Source of the DNA: the human T2T-CHM13v2.0 reference genome, Homo sapiens
Assembly: GCF_009914755.1 (NCBI RefSeq)
Contig: NC_060939.1
Length of the DNA: 64,000 nucleotides
Direction: 5' to 3' (one strand)
Part shown: piece by piece, positions 58,410 to 64,000 of the stretch
Numbering within the stretch: the stretch's first letter is position 1
Layout of the letters: the number at the start of each line of letters is the position of its first letter
Program-made: the position numbers and the translations under genes
The notes under the pieces: generated by a model
Seen by the model: only the letters and a program-made list of their open reading frames with translations
Told to the model about the DNA's origin: nothing
Database searches by the model: none

Positions 58410-61400
58410 GATTAGGAAACCTGCAGCTCCCAGGGGCCCCCACTAATGTTCTAACTCGCAGAAGGAAGGAGTGTGTGTGCGTGTGTGCGTGTGCGTGTGT
58501 GTGTGTGTGTTTGTGTGTGTGCGGTGTGAGGTATGGGCCCCTTAAGGAAATGGAAATCAACCAACCAATGGGACAGACAGACAGACAGACAGAGATTCAC
58601 TTGCCCAAGTGTTCTGTCCTGTCCTCTGAATCCGCTTTCAAGTCGCAAGACGCTGTGAGCTCCAAGTCCACGCAGAGTCCGCCAAACGCTCCGGCCGCTG
58701 ATCCGCTCCGCGAAGATCTGAGTACAGGCCAGCCAGGGTGGGTTTAAATAGCCTCGGGCGCAGCCTAGCAGCGGAAAGGGCGGAGCTTCACTCCTCCTTT
58801 CCATCAGTCACCCCCAACTTTCCCAGGCTACACCTCGTAGGAAACTGTTCTCCTGCTTTGATTTCATGCGCCACCTTTGGGACAATCTAAGAACTTACAG
58901 GTTTTCTTGGCCAGATTTATTAGGAATTGTATGCACTGAAACACTGAAAACCAACTAGTGGTTCTGTGCTTCCCACGTTGTGGTTTTGACACCAGCAGCA
59001 TCCTTGCCACAATCAAACCCCGGAGATCCGCAGATCTGTGTTGTAACAAGACCTCCCCCTGACCCTGAAGCATGGCAGTTGAAGAAGTCTTTCCGTGTAA
59101 GCGAAAAGACTTTGAAGAAAAGGTGGAGATATGCGTTGTATAAACATTCTTTGGCTCTGGAACCACGTAGAGACTTGGGAGCCAGTTGGGTGGAGCATTC
59201 GTTGGATGAGGGTGCTCGGGTTAGGAATATCAAGGTGTTTCTCCAGATAATCCAATCATCTAATTAAGATTCCAGTTATGCTCATCTGTTTTAAAATTCC
59301 GTTTGGGTAAATTCTTTTAGTCAGACTGAGAATGGCAAAGCCTCAACCCCAATTTCCAGGGAGGGTGGAGAGCCTCAGGTGGAGTTGATCACCAATAGCC
59401 TATGGTTTAACCCATCATGCCTATAGAATGAGGTCTCCATCAAAACCCAAAAGGACTGGGTTCAGAGAGCTTCTGGATAACACTTCCTGGAAGGTAGTGC
59501 GCCCCTCCCCGCATGCCGGGCCCCACATTTATTTCTGAACTTTGTGCAATGTCCGCTAAAATACAACGGCAAATGTAAGTGTTTCCCTGCGTGCTGTGAG
59601 CTCTTCCAGCAAATGAATGCAACTAAATCTGGGAGTGGTGGCAACCTGATTTATAGCCAGTTGCTGAGAAGCACAGGTAAAACAACGTAGGGCTTCCCAT
59701 TGTTGTTGGTGTGGGAGGCCTGTCTGGCGGGACTCGGCCCTTTGGAATCTAATGCTATGTCCCGGTAGATAGCGTCACCATTGAATTAGAAGACACACAT
59801 ATGTGGAGAATAATCTTTCTGGTCATTTACTGCATGTCATATTTACAATATGTAATCAAATTCTTTATCCTGACCTTATGGCACCTGGGTTTAGGACCAT
59901 GATTTGAACCAAACGTTGGTCTGTCACTTTCTGAGTTTGAAACTTTATTTTGCCTTCAGCGTTTTGCTATTGCTTTTTCGTTTTCTTTTGTTTCGTTTCG
60001 TTTCTAAGTTCTGGGGTATATGTGCAGGATGTGCAGATTTGTTACTAAGGTAAACGTGTGCCATGGTGGTTTGCTGCACCTGTCAACCCGTCACTTAGGT
60101 ATTAAGCCCAGCATGCAGTAGCTGTTTTTCTTAACGCTCTGCCTCCCGAAAGGCCCCAGTGTGTGTTGTTCCCCTTCCTGTGTCCATGGGATCTCACTTT
60201 TCAGCTCCCATTATAAGTGAGAAGGTGGCGTTTGGTTTTCTTTCCCTGGATTGGTTTGCTGACGATAATGACCACACATCACCACTGTTTTTGTTTCTTA
60301 GTATAAAGAGTAGTATTTTATTGAATAAGATTTGCTCACAGAAAAATAAGCTTAAATCTACAATGAATGCCAGACCCTACAGCAGAAAGCAATTTTCTCA
60401 CTTTTCCACACCAATGGTTCCTACTAAGTGAAAAAAAAGCCATAAAATTTCATTCACAAATGTACTACTCTGTCTCAAAACATCTCACGTAATCATGCAC
60501 TGTACTAAAGCCATCAGATCAGTTCTTCAGTCAGGTTAAAGAAGTATCCCTCTAATAACTGACTTTTATAATGCTATCAATATCCACTCCCAATCGGTCT
60601 GCCATTGTTAATGGTGTACAGCATTACTGAATACAACGGAATTGATGACGCCCATATCCACAGACAAACCGTGACTTATGATGGTTTGATTTATGATTTT
60701 TCAACGTTATGATGGGTTTATTGGAATACTAGATTCGTTTCTGAGTTACACTGGGTTTATGAGTATGCGACCCTACACTCCAGAAACAGCTGTACAAGGA
60801 AAAACAGGTGTACCTAATAAAAATATGCTTAGTGACTTGGGATAAACCAATAGATGTTCACAAGTGATGGAGAGCCGTGAAAGAGAGATAGCGGTAAATA
60901 GTTACAATAACACAATTTTCCTGCACCTGTCGAGGATTTCCCCCAAAAAACGCAGAATGTGGGATGCACCTAAGGCATATGAAAGAGAGAGGGCAGAAGG
61001 AGTAAGAGAGAAATAGGAGGAAGGAAGGAAGGAAGCAAGGAAGAAAGGAAGGAAGGAAAGAAGGAAGGTAGGACGGAAGGAAGGAAGGAAGGAAGGAAGG
61101 AAGGAAGGAAGGAAAGAAGGATGAAAGGAAGGAGAAAACACCGGTGTTACTAAAACCCCCCAAAAAATGGTTTCCCCCTGTGGGTAAGCCTACAATGTGG
61201 ATGAATCTTGAAAATATTGTGCTACGTGTTATGTCAGTCATAGCAGCTCACCTATTGTGCAATTCCGTTTATAGGAAATGTCCACAATATGGAAATCTAT
61301 GCATATGGGATTGATCGCACTAGGTAGTTGCTACCTAGGGCTGAGGGTCAGGGAGAGGGTTTGAGACAGAATGAGGAGTGACTAATGTCTACAGGGTCTT

Positions 61401-61730
61401 TCTCTGGTCGGGGGTGATAAGACGTTTTACAATGGATTGCGAATTAAAATTGAATGTGCACAACCACAGGTATACTAAAAGCCGCTCAATTCATGACCTT
61501 TAATGGGGGAATCTTACGTGGCGTAGTCTCATGGAGACCACGGCAGACATAGTGAGAGAGAAAAAGGTGAGTAAATATCTGAAACGGAGGCAGAAACAGA
61601 GAGAATGAAAAGCCCTGTGAATGGAAGGGAGAGCGAAAAGGGAAAATGGTCCTATTTACAAATGACAGATGTGAAACTGGGGTTCACATCAACAGTGTCA
61701 CTGCCAGGAAGGAGGGTCATGCTAGCCATG

Positions 61731-64000
61731 TCACCGGTAGTGTGGCCCGCAGGGACGCCGACCTGCTGGAGCGTCGTGCCAGCATGGGCTGTGGCAAGCA
61801 CGTGGGCCAGCAGGAGGTTCCCGCTGCACAGCTGTGGGGTGAGGATAGACTGGGTGGTGATATCGGCCATTACAGGGGCCTCTTCTGCTGGCAAGAGTGT
61901 GACAGTAGCAAGTAGATGGACAGGCCTGCATGTGAGGACGGAATGCAGGAGGGGTTCTTGTGCGCCTGGGTGTGGGGCCCTCACGGGAACCGTGGAGAAA
62001 TGGCCAGGTAACTGCGTCATGTGGGCTAGTAGATTGGCCAGGGCTTCGAACTGAAGGACGATAATGGGGAGTAGCTGTCAGGCCCTGGGAGTGCCTGAGT
62101 GTAAGTGGAGATGGGTTTGGGGTCACTGAGGGATGTGTGGGAGCCATCCCTGTATAGGTACAGGTAGGTCATAGGGAGATAGTCTCGTGAGGCCTGTGAG
62201 TGTCTAGGGTTGTCCTGGGTGCCTGGGGCTGACTGTGGCAGAAATCTGGGGAAGGCTGGAGAGAAGCTGGGAGACCCAGGAGAGTCCCTGAAGGCAGGGG
62301 GTGAAGAGGTGAAAGAAATGGGGGAGGGTTGCAGTAAGGTCCGTGAGTTTGTAGGTGATTCCTGGGTGCGGGAAGCTGACTCCAGGTGAAATCTGGAGAT
62401 GGTTGGAGAGTAGCTGAGAGAGACAGAAGAGTCCCTGAGGGCTGGGGGTGAGAACATGAGGGAGACGGGGGAGTAAGTCAGTGAAATTCGTGAGTTCGGT
62501 GGTGTATCGTGGGTGCCTGGAACTGACTCCAGCTGGAATCTAGAGAAGTTTTGAGAGTAGCTGAAGGAGACACAAGAGTCCCTGTGGGCTGAGGGCAAAG
62601 ACCTGAGAGAGACCAGGGAGGACCTCAGTGAAGTCTGTGAGTCTGTAGGTGATTCCGGAGTGTGGGAGGCTGACTCCCGCTGAAATCTGGGCGTGGTGGG
62701 AGAGTAGCTGGGACAGACAGGAGAGTCCCAGGGGGCTGGGGGTGAAGACATGAGAGAGACTGGGGAGTAACTCAGTGAAATTGCTGAGTTGGTTGGTGAT
62801 ACCTGGGTGCCTGGAACTGACCCCCGCTGAAATCTGGGCATGGTTGGAGAGTAGCTGGGACACACAAGAGAGTCCCTGAGGGCTGGGGGTGAAGACATGA
62901 GCGAGACCGGGGAGTAACTGAGTGAAACTGGTGAGTTTGGTGGTGACTCCGGGGTGCCTGGAACTGACACCAGCTGAAATGTGGGCGTGGTTGGAGAGTA
63001 GCTGAGACAGACAGGAGAGTCCCTGAGGACTGGTGAAGACATGAGAGAGACTGGAGGGTAATTGAGTGAAATTGGTGAGTTTGGTGGTGATTCCTGGGTG
63101 CCTGGAACTGACTCCCGCTGAAGTGTGGGCGTGGTTGGAGAGTAGCTGGGACACACAGGAGAGTCCCTGAGGGTTGGAGATAAAGACGTGCTAGAGACTG
63201 AGGAGTAACTGAGTGAAATTGGTGAGTTTGGTGGTGATTCCGGGGTGCCTGGAACGGACTCCAGCTGAAACGTGGGCGTGGTTGGAGAGTAGCTGGGACA
63301 GACGGGAGAGTCCCTGAGGGATGGTGAAGACATGAGAGAGACTGGGGAGTAACGCAGTGAAATTGGTGAGTTTGGTGGTGATTTCTGGGTGCCTGCAGCG
63401 GACTCCCGCTGAAGTGTGGGCGTGCTTGGAGAGTAGCTGGGACAGACAGGCGAGTCCCTGAGGGTTGGAGATAAAGACGTGCTAGAGACTGAGGAGTAAC
63501 TGAGTGAATTTGGTGAGTTTGGTGGTGATTCCGGGGTGCCTGGAACGGACTCCGGCTGAAATGTGGGCGTGGTTGGAGAGTAGCTGGGACAGACGGGAGA
63601 GTCCCTGAGGGATGGTGAAGACATGAGAGAGACTGGGGAGTAACGCAGTGAAATTGGTGAGTTTGGTGGTGATTTCTGGGTGCCTGCAACGGACTCCCGC
63701 TGAAGTGTGGGCGTGCTTGGAGAGTAGCTGGGACAGACAGGCGAGTCCCTGAGGGTTGGAGATAAAGACGTGCTGGAGACTGGGGAGTAACTCAGTGAAA
63801 GTGGTGGGCTTGGTGGTGATCCCAGGGTTCCTGGAACTGACCCGCGCTGAAATGTGGGCGTGGTTGGAGAGTAGCTGGGACAGACTGGAGGGTCCGTAAG
63901 GGCTGGGGGTGAAGACGTGAGAGAGACTGGCGAGGATCTCACTGAGGTCTGTGAGTTTGTAGGTGTTTCTGGGGTGTGGGGTACAGACTCCCGCTGAAAT
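61731..64000 (-). pseudogene. 3' part of CTD-like repeat gene copy 11, long form, with a 4-bp duplication frameshifting the C-terminal tail; runs off window end
   Basis: acAGGTAGGTcata at about 62160-62173 versus acAGGTcata elsewhere; new stop at 62026. Confidence 0.6.

Larger units (their letters stand above)
1..64000. repeat. Tandem macrosatellite array, about 10 units of 6.3-6.6 kb (ACRO composite-like)
   Basis: The ORF track and sequence recur, with start ATGs at 798, 7394, 13990, 20290, 26589, 32888, 39200, 45503, 51806 and 58409 (periods 6596, 6596, 6300, 6299, 6299, 6312, 6303, 6303, 6603). The ACRO name is recalled from the 147-bp satellite plus MER21/L1 composition. Confidence 0.97.

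Overview
The whole window is a primate (human-like) head-to-tail macrosatellite of about 10 near-identical units of 6.30-6.60 kb. It resembles the ACRO composite repeat of acrocentric short arms and pericentromeres; this identification is from memory, not a search. Each unit has a spacer of old mobile-element debris (MER21-like LTR, antisense L1PA 3' end, a polyadenylated retrocopy-like fragment, a Tigger/MER47-like piece, a (GGAA)n tract and an L1M 3' piece) and a block of 147/144-bp ACRO1-like satellite. On the minus strand that satellite is the core of an uninterrupted 993-1090 aa Ser/Pro/Thr-rich ORF. Its 49-aa unit parses into seven in-register degenerate RNA polymerase II CTD-like heptads. 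Each ORF is preceded by a GC box, a TATA box at -31 and a perfect Inr, has no upstream ATG, and is followed by candidate poly(A) signals, so each unit looks like a complete Pol II gene encoding a CTD-mimic disordered protein. Six copies are intact, three carry private frameshifts and one is cut by the window start. Expression and translation cannot be shown from the sequence alone.
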